Shown one piece after another: positions 1 to 9,531 of a stretch of DNA of 64,000 nucleotides. The notes beneath the pieces are model-generated. The model worked only from the letters and a program-made list of their open reading frames with translations, was not told where the DNA came from and ran no database searches. Both the position numbers and the translations under genes were made by a program. The stretch comes from Treponemataceae bacterium. Its GTDB lineage: Bacteria; Spirochaetota; Spirochaetia; Treponematales; Rectinemataceae. Every line of letters begins with the position of its first letter. Position 1 is the stretch's first letter. The stretch covers positions 1 through 64,000 of the forward strand of contig CAXXGJ010000018.1 in the NCBI GenBank assembly GCA_963677895.2, in the 5' to 3' direction.

Positions 1-282
1 CACTGCCGGCGAATCTTTGTATTGCCCCTGGCGTATGAGGACCCAGTCGCCTGTCACGGGCATTTCGGCGGAATGGCCGACTCCATGCATGAACTTACCC
101 GAGACGACAGCGTCGAATTCCTCGACAGTCTTCCCGATGCCCTCTGTGGCTTCGGTCACCACACGCCAGGAATCCCTGCCGGTTTCCGCGACGCGCGCCG
201 GCGACAGGTTCATATCAGCATAGACATGGGCGGCGCCCTCAAAAGTGGCGTTCCATCCGTATGATTCAAGTGAATTGTGCAT
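1..282 (-). CDS. rsgA: Ribosome small subunit-dependent GTPase A, 5' part (runs off the window)
   Basis: Not in the ORF track. Manual translation from ATG 282 gives MHNSLESYGWNATF...SPARVAETGRDSWRVV...VSGKFMH...MPVTGDWVL, which matches the N-terminal OB region of long-form RsgA (GW, PARV, SGK, P-V-GDWV). The GTPase domain is outside the window. Confidence 0.75.
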   Translation of the reverse strand, partial: MHNSLESYGWNATFEGAAHVYADMNLSPARVAETGRDSWRVVTEATEGIGKTVEEFDAVVSGKFMHGVGHSAEMPVTGDWVLIRQGQYKDSPAV

Positions 283-378
283 TGCTTTGTTTCTCCGGTT
301 AATTTTTTTGCTTACATCCCGACATACCGTTCGTGGGAGGAAGCCCGGAGAATGACTCGAAGATTCCAAAAGGGAAAA

Positions 379-435
379 CTAGGCGAGTATCCTCCGAGGT
401 TCCTTTTCGCGAACAATCACCCTGCAGTTTTTCAT
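379..435 (-). promoter_or_regulatory. Putative 18-aa leader peptide (MKNCRVIVREKEPRRILA) upstream of the rsgA-like gene
   Basis: A GAGGAGG Shine-Dalgarno (441-447, minus strand) lies 5 nt before the ATG. A downstream inverted repeat (291-298 / 345-352) covers the rsgA GGAG ribosome-binding site. Confidence 0.5.
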
Positions 436-554
436 ATGGACCTCCTCGTGGATATTTTTTGAGGGAGCCTCAAGGCTCTTGTCGATCATAATAAAAGTTT
501 GCGATTAAAAAATCAATAGTTGTTTTGACATCATCCCCATGTGTTGTTTTACAG

Positions 555-2162
555 TCATGTGGCAGATCGAAAATACGCTTGCGTAAGCGACTTTAGCCGC
601 CTCGCGACCGATGGAGTGAGCGCTCCGTCTGCCATCCGCCAGGTCCAATAGCCATCCTGCCTGCCCGGATAATTCATGCGCGCCTTGCTTCCCAAGCCGA
701 GCAGGTCCTGGACCGGCGCGATGGCGATGCAGGCGGGGCTGGCCCAGGCTGCCTTTATCATGTTCCAGGCAAAGGCCGCGCGGCGCCCGCCGACAAACCC
801 CAGCCCCCGCCTGGCCGCGGCAGGCGCCGCTTCCCCGATCCATCCCATGCACGTGTTGTTGTCGTGAGTGCCCGTATACACCACCGCGTTCCGCTCATAG
901 TTGTACGGGTAATCGGCGTTGTCCCCTTCGGGCTCGAAGGCGAACTGCAGAATCTTCATGCCGGGAAAACCCAGCCGCGCCCGCAGTTCCTGCACCTCGG
1001 AAGTCATGAAGCCCAGATCCTCCGCGATGATCGGCAGATCGCCCAGCTCGGCTTCGATCGCCTCGAACAAGGCAAGACCCGGCCCCTTCTCCCATCGCCC
1101 GGCCGCAGCCGTCTCGTCGCCCGCCGGCACCGCCCAGTAATCCACGAAGCCCCTGAAATGGTCGATTCGCAAAATATCCACGAGCTCGAGCGAAGCCCTT
1201 ATCCTGGAAATCCACCAGGCATAGCCATCCTTTTCATTGGCTTTCCAATCGTAGAGAGGATTTCCCCAAAGCTGGCCTGTTTCGGTGAAATAATCGGGCG
1301 GAACTCCGGCGACTTTCTCGGGCTTTCCCGATTCGTCCAGGAGGAAAAGTTTGGGATGGGCCCAGGTATCGGCGCTGTCGTAGGCCGCGAAAATCGGAAT
1401 GTCGCCGATTATCCTCACGCTCCGTTCGTTCGCGTAGGAGCGCAGCGCGTTCCACTGGCCATAAAAAAGAAATTGGGCGAATTTGTGCCTTTGTATCCTG
1501 TCGGCGTTCGCTCTTCTGAAATCGGCCAACGCGTTTTCGTTTCTCGTCCTCAAGGGAGTCGGCCATCGGTCCCATGACGAGAAGTTGCGCGATTCCTTTA
1601 TGGCCGAGAATAGGGCGAAATCGTCGAGCCAATAAGCTTTTTGAAGCGAAAAGGTCGCGAATTCCGCCGCCAGGTCGAGGCCCCCGGCACCGGTTTTCCT
1701 GTCAGCCTCGGAGCCGCCGCCAAGGCCGCCGCCAAGGCCGTCGCCAAGGCCGCCGCCAGCCCAAGCGCCAGCCGCCGCCGTGCGCCCAGCCCATCTGCCT
1801 GCCTTGAAATTCTCCCACGCCCTGTCGATAAGCCGGTTCTTCTCCAGAAAAAGCCTGCCGAAATCGACTCGTCCCGTATTCCGCGTCCTGCAGGCTTCCA
1901 CCTCTTCGGCGCTCAGCAACGCCATAGCCGCTAGCTCATCGGGATCGATGAAGTAGAGATTGCCGGCGAAAGAGGACAAGCATTGGTATGGCGAATCCCC
2001 GTAGCCCGTCGGTCCCAGCGGGAGAATTTGCCAAAGCCCCACGCCTGCCCCGGCCAGGAAATCGATGAAATTTCTCGCTTCCCGACCCAGCGTTCCTATG
2101 CCGAAAGGTCCCGGCAGGGAACTGGGGTGGAGGAGAACGCCCGCGCTTCGCTGAAAATTCAT
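555..2162 (-). CDS. malQ: 4-alpha-glucanotransferase (amylomaltase, GH77)
   Basis: Starts MNFQRSAGVLLHPSSLPG. Motifs WQILPLGPTGYGDSPY, GDIPIF, GVPPDYF, WGNPLYDW, RIDHFRGF, IIAEDLG, YTGTHDNNT. The 802-aa ORF-track call is an artefactual fusion with the upstream permease. Confidence 0.95.
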   Translation of the reverse strand: MNFQRSAGVLLHPSSLPGPFGIGTLGREARNFIDFLAGAGVGLWQILPLGPTGYGDSPYQCLSSFAGNLYFIDPDELAAMALLSAEEVEACRTRNTGRVDFGRLFLEKNRLIDRAWENFKAGRWAGRTAAAGAWAGGGLGDGLGGGLGGGSEADRKTGAGGLDLAAEFATFSLQKAYWLDDFALFSAIKESRNFSSWDRWPTPLRTRNENALADFRRANADRIQRHKFAQFLFYGQWNALRSYANERSVRIIGDIPIFAAYDSADTWAHPKLFLLDESGKPEKVAGVPPDYFTETGQLWGNPLYDWKANEKDGYAWWISRIRASLELVDILRIDHFRGFVDYWAVPAGDETAAAGRWEKGPGLALFEAIEAELGDLPIIAEDLGFMTSEVQELRARLGFPGMKILQFAFEPEGDNADYPYNYERNAVVYTGTHDNNTCMGWIGEAAPAAARRGLGFVGGRRAAFAWNMIKAAWASPACIAIAPVQDLLGLGSKARMNYPGRQDGYWTWRMADGALTPSVARRLKSLTQAYFRSAT

Positions 2163-2167
2163 GTCGC

Positions 2168-3033
2168 CTAACCTTTCACGGCGCCGGCCGCAATGCCCTT
2201 GATTATGTATTTCTGCAGGGCAAGGTAGAAAATTATGATCGGTGTCGCCGAAAGCACGAGGGAGGCGGTGAGAGGGCCGTACTCCTTCAGGAATTGTCCG
2301 TAGAACTGCATCTGCGCCAGCTGTATCGTCCCCTGCTTGATCACTAGGAGGGGCAGGAGGAAGTCGTTCCAGATCCAGAGCGCGTCCAGAATCGCGATGG
2401 TCGCCGTAATCGGCTTCAGCAGCGGAAACACGATCCTGAAGAAAATATAGCTCGTCCCCGCCCCGTCGATGGCCGCCGATTCTTCCAGCTCCCTCGGCAC
2501 GCCCTTTATGAAACCGTGGTACATGAAAACCGCCATAGGCGCGCCCAAGCCCCAATATAGCACGACGATGCCCGCCGGATTCGTGAGGTGAAGGTCGGAG
2601 GCCAAAACGGCCAGCGGCACCATGATGATCTGGAAGGGGATCACGAGGGCGAAGGCGAAAAGCGAATAGATAAGCCATGAATAACGCTTTTCCGTACGCG
2701 CCAGCATCCAGGCCGCCATCGAACTCGTCAGCACTATCCCCGCCACGCCGGCCCGCGGAGATCAGGAAGGTGGTCGCCACCACCCTTGGGAATTCCATCA
2801 CCTTCCATGCCTTAATGAAGTTGTCGAGAAACAGCTTCGAAGGCAGGGCGAGGGGCTTTAGCATGATCTCAGCGTCCGGCTTCAGGGCGCTTGCCAGCAC
2901 GAAGAGCGCGGGGTAAATGTAGAGGAAGCCGAAGAGGATCATGAAGGCTTCCAGAAAGTGCAACGGCCGCCAAACGCCGCCGAGGCCGCAGCGGCTGCCA
3001 AGGCCGCCGCCGAGCCTCCAGCTTGAATTTCAT
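2168..3033 (-). CDS. Carbohydrate ABC transporter permease (MalG-like), apparently frameshifted
   Basis: The C-terminal part (2168-2746) has the EAA loop ELEESAAIDGAG and WNDFLLPL. The N-terminal TM part (to 2963) is in another frame. The ATG at 3033 that overlaps the upstream stop is in a third frame. Single extra bases near 2750 and 3029 would explain both shifts. Confidence 0.8.
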
Positions 3034-4577
3034 AGCTGCACCTCCTTCCGCTTCATGATGATGAGCTGAGCGCCCGTCAGGAGGAGAATGGCCAGGAAGA
3101 GCAGGGTGGCCTTGGCGGTGGCCAGCCCGGCCAGCTTGCGCGCGAAAGCGTCAAAGAATATGTCCATCACGAAGGGGACGGTTCCCACCGCGTAGCCCGA
3201 GGTTCCTACCATGGCATAGACGAGATCGAAACATTTGAGGGCGTTGGCGATGGAGATGAAAAAGCACACGGTGAAGGCCGGCATGAGAAGGGGTAGCGTT
3301 ATGCGCTTCAGCCTGTTCCAGAAACCTGCCCCGTCTATCATCGCCGCCTCTATCACATCGGGCGGAATGTTCTGCAGGCCAGCGAGGTATACCACCATAT
3401 AATAGCCGGCGGCCTGCCACACCGAAACGCCGATCAGCAGCCAGGGCGCCTTGGCCGAATCGCTCATCCACGTCTGTATGCCCGTCAGCCTCGGCAGAAG
3501 ATGGAAGAAAATAAAGGACCAGATCAAGGCGACCACGATCATGGACAGCACATTAGGCAGAAAAAATACCGAACGAAGCACGTTGCGCGATTTTATCTTC
3601 CTGTCCAACGCCATCGCTATCCAGAAAGCGAGGAGGTTGGCGAGGACGACATTGCCCACGGCAAAGAATATCGTGAAGCCGATGACGCCGAGGTCGAATT
3701 TTTTCGCCGTCCAGGTCGAGGCGAGGAGGGCCTTGAACCTGCCAATCTTGAAGAGCCTGTCGGCGTTCCGGGCGATGCCCGCTTTCTCCGCGTCCGAAAA
3801 AGTCGCCTTCGCCGCGAAAGCCTTCACGGCGGCCTCGAGAACCGCCCTGTCCTGGGTGAGACCGGCCTTCTTGGCTGAGGCAAGGAAATTGTCCACGGTT
3901 CCCGAGTCGAGGTCGCCCGACTCCACTTGAGGCAGGGTCCAGAAAGCGTCCTCCGCGACGAATTCGTCCATCTCTGGCGCAAGCCGGTACGCGCCACCTT
4001 CCGCCACGTAAAATTCCGCCGCTAAAACCGCACTCTGCGCGTCCAGCCTGACGAGGAAATTCTTCTCGTAGCTTGCGGTTTCCACTTCGGCGGGCAGGGC
4101 GGAATTGGCGTTGAAGTAATTCTCCTGGAAGGCGCGCGGGTAGAAACGTTGATCGACTCCGCCGGTGAAAATGGACCTGTAATTCTCGAGGCCCACATCT
4201 CTGTATTTATCCGGCGCGTATCCCGCGGCCCTCAGGATCCGTTCGAGCCTGTAGCGCCTCAGACCCGAAATCGACAGCCGCGCGTACCGCTCCCCGACCG
4301 CGTCCAGCTCGTACAGCGAAAGCAGATATTCGCGGTCAGGCGCCCTTTCGACCTTGTCCAGGATCTTGGTCTCGAACTCGGCCTTGTCCATGCTTATCGG
4401 CGTTTTCGGCGTCAGCCCATCCCAGTTCGTCGTGGATATCCGCAAGCCCTGCCCGAAAGGTAGGAGAAAGAAAAGGGCATAGAGCAAGAGAGCCGGGGCG
4501 ACGAAGAGGGTGAAATTCATCCGCCGCGTGGAAGATTTTTGAACCATCGATTCCTCCCTGGCTGTGGGCTTCGCCAT
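3030..4577 (-). CDS. Carbohydrate ABC transporter permease (MalF-like) with a large extracytoplasmic insertion
   Basis: N-terminal FVAPALLLY..., C-terminal RSVFFLPNVLS, YLAGLQNIP, EAAMIDGA. A long hydrophilic segment separates TM1 from the remaining helices. Confidence 0.9.
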   Translation of the reverse strand: MAKPTAREESMVQKSSTRRMNFTLFVAPALLLYALFFLLPFGQGLRISTTNWDGLTPKTPISMDKAEFETKILDKVERAPDREYLLSLYELDAVGERYARLSISGLRRYRLERILRAAGYAPDKYRDVGLENYRSIFTGGVDQRFYPRAFQENYFNANSALPAEVETASYEKNFLVRLDAQSAVLAAEFYVAEGGAYRLAPEMDEFVAEDAFWTLPQVESGDLDSGTVDNFLASAKKAGLTQDRAVLEAAVKAFAAKATFSDAEKAGIARNADRLFKIGRFKALLASTWTAKKFDLGVIGFTIFFAVGNVVLANLLAFWIAMALDRKIKSRNVLRSVFFLPNVLSMIVVALIWSFIFFHLLPRLTGIQTWMSDSAKAPWLLIGVSVWQAAGYYMVVYLAGLQNIPPDVIEAAMIDGAGFWNRLKRITLPLLMPAFTVCFFISIANALKCFDLVYAMVGTSGYAVGTVPFVMDIFFDAFARKLAGLATAKATLLFLAILLLTGAQLIIMKRKEVQL

Positions 4578-4667
4578 GCTATTCCCGAAAAAGAAACCGC
4601 TGAAGGCATTCGCGTTAGCCGACAGCGGTTATCCTGAGAGCGAAATCAGCCTAAAGCCGAAGGTCGG

Positions 4668-5897
4668 TTATTTTCTGTTCGCCGCCCACTGCTTGTCGAT
4701 GTCGGCGATCACGGCCTCGGCCGTCTTCTTGTTGAACACATACTGCTGGGCGCCGTTCTTGCACGCGTCCTCGAACACCGCGGTCGGATAGGAGGCGAAC
4801 GCCCAGGGATAGGCGCCGTTCTTTTCGACGCCGCTCATCAGGTCGACGAAGGGACCGCCGAGCTTGGAAACATCGGCGCCCTTGAACGACAGCGTGAGCT
4901 TGTAATCTTCCACCCATATCTTCTGAGCCTGGGGCGTGGCCAGCCACTCGAGGAACTTGAGGGCCGCGGCTTTCTTGTCGGCGGGCGACTGGGCCGAGAC
5001 TCCGAAGCAGGAATCCACGTCGGCGTAGAACTTGTTCATCTTGGCATCGTTGAAAACGGGGAAGGGCGCGAAGCCGCAGTTGAGTTTGGGGTTCGTTCCG
5101 ATGGCGGCGCCGTAGGACCAAAGTCCCTGGACCATCATCGCCGCCTTGCCCTCGGCAAAGGCCGCCTGCTGCTCATTCCAGTTCCATTCTTCGGCGTTCT
5201 TGTCCATGTTCGCCCGATAGAAGTCGATCACGGAGAAGAGTTTGTCGGTATCCACGACGCCATAGCTGGTCTTTCCGGCGTTCATGTCGGCCACGAACTT
5301 GGCGGGCGCAATCTTCTTTTCGGCGAGGAGGTTAGTATGGACGAGGGTGATGAAGTGTCCCATAGACCAGTTTTCCTTCAGAAGGCCGGCGAAGGGCGTC
5401 ACATTGTTCGTCCGGAGGGTTCGGGCAATTCTCTCGAGATCGCGGTAGGTGGCGGGAGGCTGGAGCCCGAATTTCGCGAAAATGTCCTTGTTGTAGATGA
5501 TGCCGATCCCGGCGAAATCCATCGGCAGACCCCAGAGCTTGCCGTTCCAGGTGACGGAGGGCTTCGAGCTGTCTACCACCTTGCCGAGCACCGCCTGCTT
5601 GGAAAGATCGACCAGATAGCCCTTCTCCGCGTATTCGGCGACGCGGGAATAAGACTGCATCTGCAGGATGTCGGGCAGCTTGCCCTGAGCGGCGCGCGCC
5701 GACATGGTGGCGTCGGCGTCGTTCGGCACGATCAGCATATCGATCGAGATGCCCGGATTATCCTTCACGAACTGCGCCACGAGCTTCTTGAGCCCGTCCT
5801 GGTTTTCCTGTTTATAGTAGTACAGCTCGAGTTTTTGGGCCTGTACCATTCCGGCCAAAGCGAAGAGCACGAGGAGAAGGGATAGCATTCTCTTCAT
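4668..5897 (-). CDS. Sugar ABC transporter substrate-binding protein
   Basis: Signal peptide MKRMLSLLLVLFALAGMVQA after a GGAGG RBS. Family-1 SBP motifs PDIL, GIIYNKDIF, FAEGKAAMMVQG. Confidence 0.9.
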   Translation of the reverse strand: MKRMLSLLLVLFALAGMVQAQKLELYYYKQENQDGLKKLVAQFVKDNPGISIDMLIVPNDADATMSARAAQGKLPDILQMQSYSRVAEYAEKGYLVDLSKQAVLGKVVDSSKPSVTWNGKLWGLPMDFAGIGIIYNKDIFAKFGLQPPATYRDLERIARTLRTNNVTPFAGLLKENWSMGHFITLVHTNLLAEKKIAPAKFVADMNAGKTSYGVVDTDKLFSVIDFYRANMDKNAEEWNWNEQQAAFAEGKAAMMVQGLWSYGAAIGTNPKLNCGFAPFPVFNDAKMNKFYADVDSCFGVSAQSPADKKAAALKFLEWLATPQAQKIWVEDYKLTLSFKGADVSKLGGPFVDLMSGVEKNGAYPWAFASYPTAVFEDACKNGAQQYVFNKKTAEAVIADIDKQWAANRK

Positions 5898-5903
5898 AAA
5901 TTC

Positions 5904-5929
5904 CTCCATGTAAACCGATTTACATGGAG
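5904..5929. promoter_or_regulatory. Palindromic operator, LacI/GalR type, overlapping the RBS of the sugar ABC operon
   Basis: CTCCATGTAAACCGATTTACATGGAG is a near-perfect inverted repeat around a central CG. It sits just downstream of a minus-strand TTGACA-16-TAAACT promoter candidate. Confidence 0.65.
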
Positions 5930-5991
5930 TTTATCATGACGACGCTATTTGTCAAGGGCAATTGCCGAGACTTGATTTGTCTGAAGCAATG

Positions 5992-6975
5992 CTACCAATG
6001 TGATTTGATCACAAGTTGGAGAACATCCGAATACCTGCCGGCGGTGTAGTTCGCATTACTGTCGAAAAGAACTTGGATCCTGGCGTCTTCGAGAATTGGA
6101 GGAACACCATGGCCCATCGTCGGCTGGTTTGACAGGACGGTTTTTATCGGGGTTTGCTGGAAATTGATGGGTGTTGTCATGTCATGAATCCAGAGTGAAT
6201 ACTGGATTTTTTCTACGCCGCTTCCTGTGTTGAGGTTGAGGGTTCCGCCGTTCGTCGACGAAACCGTGACATCGAAGGGCATATTCGCCTTGGCAAGCAT
6301 CTTGAAATCCACGGTTTTTACGCTCGTCTCTTCCAGGGCTATTCTGTTTATCGGCAAGCCGTATTGATCCGCGAACGAAACGTATACATAAGATCCAATG
6401 ATCACAGTAAGGGTCACCGGTAAAGTTTTAGGCGCGATGTTGGAGGGAGGTGACGATGGAAAATCGGAGAACTTTACCGGCCAGAGGCGAAATTCCAAAT
6501 CGAGTTGATACGTGCCATATGGGGGAGGATTCTGCGTCCAATCCTGAAAATGCAAATAATACTCGAGTTCTTTTTCAGATTGGCCTATATTAAACGAATC
6601 GGTCCATACGTTGGTTTCCGCTAAGGATTGTTCAATTCCCCATGATTTCGCGATATCCGACGATTGGTTTGTCTGTCGAGACGTATAGATATTGGCCTGA
6701 CGAACCAATTGGGTTCCTTGCGTATAATTGTACTTCCATGATTGGCGAGCGGTGGAAACTGGAAACAAGGCAACGGTATAGTCTTCCTCTTGTGCCGTAT
6801 TTGTTCGTATAACCTTTAGTTTTATTGAATAATCATTTGAACCGCTGCTCACCTGCTCTAGATAAAAAGGCTGAGGTGACATACCGGTCAGCGTCATGGT
6901 GGAAGTTGATTGGCTTGTGGCACTACTTACTATTAAAAGAAAAACCATGCAGATAAGGACATACTTTTTATTCAT
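5992..6975 (-). CDS. Putative two-domain pilus tip adhesin / minor pilin
   Basis: Signal peptide, beta-rich sequence. The C-terminal domain has SSTNGG.L and ends AGRYSDVLQLVIK, like the other pilins of the cluster. It is the last gene after the usher. Confidence 0.6.
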   Translation of the reverse strand: MNKKYVLICMVFLLIVSSATSQSTSTMTLTGMSPQPFYLEQVSSGSNDYSIKLKVIRTNTAQEEDYTVALFPVSTARQSWKYNYTQGTQLVRQANIYTSRQTNQSSDIAKSWGIEQSLAETNVWTDSFNIGQSEKELEYYLHFQDWTQNPPPYGTYQLDLEFRLWPVKFSDFPSSPPSNIAPKTLPVTLTVIIGSYVYVSFADQYGLPINRIALEETSVKTVDFKMLAKANMPFDVTVSSTNGGTLNLNTGSGVEKIQYSLWIHDMTTPINFQQTPIKTVLSNQPTMGHGVPPILEDARIQVLFDSNANYTAGRYSDVLQLVIKSHW

Positions 6976-7056
6976 CCCAACTCCTCAAATCCTTTACCAC
7001 ATGAAAGGATACTACATCTGCCATGACTTGGCAACAAAACAGCAAAGCTAGCCGAC

Positions 7057-9531
7057 TCATCTGGCAGGCACCGGGGATGCGGTTATCTTGCCTAGTTCGA
7101 CGAGTCCATCGACATCATCGATGAGCGTCAGCGTCGATACGCCGACATCATCGGGCCAGACCAGTTTATACACGCCAGGAGTGAGGCCGAATATCTGGAA
7201 CATTCCGGAATCATCGGTAAAGGTCATGTCGGCATAACTCCCGTCGGGCATCATCACATCGCCGGCTACCAAAGTAATCGGCGCTCCGGTACCATCCACA
7301 AGGTATCCGGTGACATAGAATCGCTTTTCCAGACCGGCTCGGAATATGAACCCCGTACGGTATCCGGGCGACACGGAAATATGGGGTATGGTTGCCGATA
7401 CGTCGGCTTCGGCTTCGGGGAAATCCATGGTAACCCTTGCCGGATTATACGAGCTCAAGGAGGCGACGACCGGTAACCCATGACTGATAAGCCTATTTCC
7501 GGAATTTACGCCGAAGTCCACAGGCATGTTTCCGGTGGAAGAATCGGGATCGAAAATGATAAAGGAATCATAGAGGGGTTTCGATATGGCAAAGGCGCCT
7601 CCGGCATAAGCCAGAGCGGTGGCTAGGCTGAGGTTGATCGACGCGTCGGGCGAGACCAGGGCTTGGCCGAAATTGATGCTAGAGCCACCGGAGACGGAAA
7701 AAAACTGATTGCTGTATCCCGAATTCAGGCTTAGTGAAGTTGGTTCCGAGACCCCACCCATCAGGTTGCTCGCACGGATATTATACCCGATGCCCCCTAG
7801 AATCGGCAGCTTATCGTTAAAGCTAATGGAATTGCTTCCGTCATTGGGCTGGCTGTAGTTAATATACCTACCGGCTTTTAATGGATCCGTCACCGAAAGG
7901 GAGAAGCGCAGGCTAAAATCCGGGGCTTTGCCCGTTTCCAGCGAAACGCCTGAGCTTATGCCGATCGAGGAGTTCTTTGTCAGCGCGGCGCCTAAGTTTA
8001 ACGCAACATTCCCTGTATCGATCTTCGAGCCATCCAGCGCACGGTTCCACCGGCCCGATAAACCGAAAGAAGCGGTCTTGCTCAAAGAGGCTCCTATAGT
8101 AGCCGCAACATAGGCCGTAGATGCCGGAGTCGAGACTGTCGATACTGGCTGTGGGGTCGCGAAGCCTGTTGTCTTATAGCCGGCTGATATGCCAAAGCTC
8201 GGAAAATTCGGCACGGCGGGCAGAGAATAACGGTAGTCCAGGTTTGCCGAAAACGCAAAAGGATTGCTCCGGCCGTCCCAAGCAACCAGGGTACCTGTAT
8301 CGAGCACGAATCCGCCGATATCCGTGCCTAACACAAAGCCCAGACTGGCCAATGTCGATCTCTTGTCGGCTTGAAGGCCTGTAGCCAAGGTAAGATTAGA
8401 CTTTAACCCATAGCGGTAAAATGCCGAGCCAAAAAACTCCGTTAGCTCGTGGCGACCGACTCCGAACGAAAGCCCGTACTCACCCTGGCCGCCGACCAAT
8501 AAGCCGGTTTCCGTGGTTATGTACCTGGTAATCGGTCTATAGATCATTACCCCGTCGGGCGACTCTCCTTCCTCCACCTCCAGTTCGAATTCATTCAGAC
8601 CGTAGGCGAAGGGCAAGTCGTAGATTCTATAATTGCCCATGTCGAGTTTGAGGGTTCTAATCACCGAACCATTCATTTTTATGCGAACGGTGGAGGGCTT
8701 TTGCAGCGTGAACGCCGCCGATGGTGAGTATCGTTTATCATAGCGGCTGAAGGTGTCGACGCTTCGAATGGATACTCCATACAATTCGGGGCGGGCTTGA
8801 AATCCGATTCCCTCTCCGCTCACCATGCCGGCGAAGAGACGCCCTTCGATATCCGGTATGTCATAGATAGCCATGGCGTTGCCGAAATACCAGGTGAGAT
8901 TTTGCGCCGAATAGGAGGCTGAACCGTAAGCCTCAATGGCAACCGACCAAAGATTGAGAAGCCCGTTAGCCGTAACCGAAAGCGGAAGGGTAGTGCCCGA
9001 TTGCTTTATGTACATCGATCCAGTCGCGGAAAAATTGATCACCCCTGAAAGAGCAGGGGGCTTAAGCCAGTCTTGATCCTCTGTACGGGGAGTCGGCGAG
9101 AAGTCCAGCTCATTGAGTTCCGTATACTCTCCAGGCGTCGAAATGGAGTAGGTAAGGGTTTCCATTTCCCAAACACCGGTGATTCTCGCCGCCGCGAGAT
9201 CGGCTATCCCCGCCCATTCCAGTTTGGACAATATCCCGGAAAAAATTCTATCCATCTGCGCCTTGGATAACTCAGAAGCGAGCACCTCGCGCAGAAGGGG
9301 AATCGAGAGAAAAGGATCTTCAAGGTCGATTCGCACTACCACATCGCCATGCCGTTTACCGTTTACCCGTAGAGCGACAATAGCCTCCCCTTCAGGAAGA
9401 GGGTTGATGTTTTGTGTCAGGATAGTATCGGTTGAGCCATTTTGGGCAAATAACAGCCCAGGACCAGCTATTACTAGAGAAAGCGCTATAGCTAGAAAAA
9501 GAACTGACTGCCTAATCGATCTCCGCATCAA
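7057..9531 (-). CDS. Fimbrial usher-like outer-membrane protein
   Basis: About 824 aa with a signal peptide. Plug-like segment PSTVRIKMNG...LDMGNYRIYDLPFAYGLNEFELEV, then LLVGGQGEYGLSFG, YRYGLKSNLT, AFAISKPLYDSF, and C-terminal FTDDSGMFQIFGLTPGVY. Flanked by chaperone and pilin genes. Confidence 0.75.
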   Translation of the reverse strand: MMRRSIRQSVLFLAIALSLVIAGPGLLFAQNGSTDTILTQNINPLPEGEAIVALRVNGKRHGDVVVRIDLEDPFLSIPLLREVLASELSKAQMDRIFSGILSKLEWAGIADLAAARITGVWEMETLTYSISTPGEYTELNELDFSPTPRTEDQDWLKPPALSGVINFSATGSMYIKQSGTTLPLSVTANGLLNLWSVAIEAYGSASYSAQNLTWYFGNAMAIYDIPDIEGRLFAGMVSGEGIGFQARPELYGVSIRSVDTFSRYDKRYSPSAAFTLQKPSTVRIKMNGSVIRTLKLDMGNYRIYDLPFAYGLNEFELEVEEGESPDGVMIYRPITRYITTETGLLVGGQGEYGLSFGVGRHELTEFFGSAFYRYGLKSNLTLATGLQADKRSTLASLGFVLGTDIGGFVLDTGTLVAWDGRSNPFAFSANLDYRYSLPAVPNFPSFGISAGYKTTGFATPQPVSTVSTPASTAYVAATIGASLSKTASFGLSGRWNRALDGSKIDTGNVALNLGAALTKNSSIGISSGVSLETGKAPDFSLRFSLSVTDPLKAGRYINYSQPNDGSNSISFNDKLPILGGIGYNIRASNLMGGVSEPTSLSLNSGYSNQFFSVSGGSSINFGQALVSPDASINLSLATALAYAGGAFAISKPLYDSFIIFDPDSSTGNMPVDFGVNSGNRLISHGLPVVASLSSYNPARVTMDFPEAEADVSATIPHISVSPGYRTGFIFRAGLEKRFYVTGYLVDGTGAPITLVAGDVMMPDGSYADMTFTDDSGMFQIFGLTPGVYKLVWPDDVGVSTLTLIDDVDGLVELGKITASPVPAR

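Noticed and set aside
555..2963. 802-aa permease-MalQ fusion in the ORF track
   Set aside because: The middle part is an out-of-frame read of the permease. MalQ has its own ATG at 2162, and one extra base near 2750 explains the fusion.
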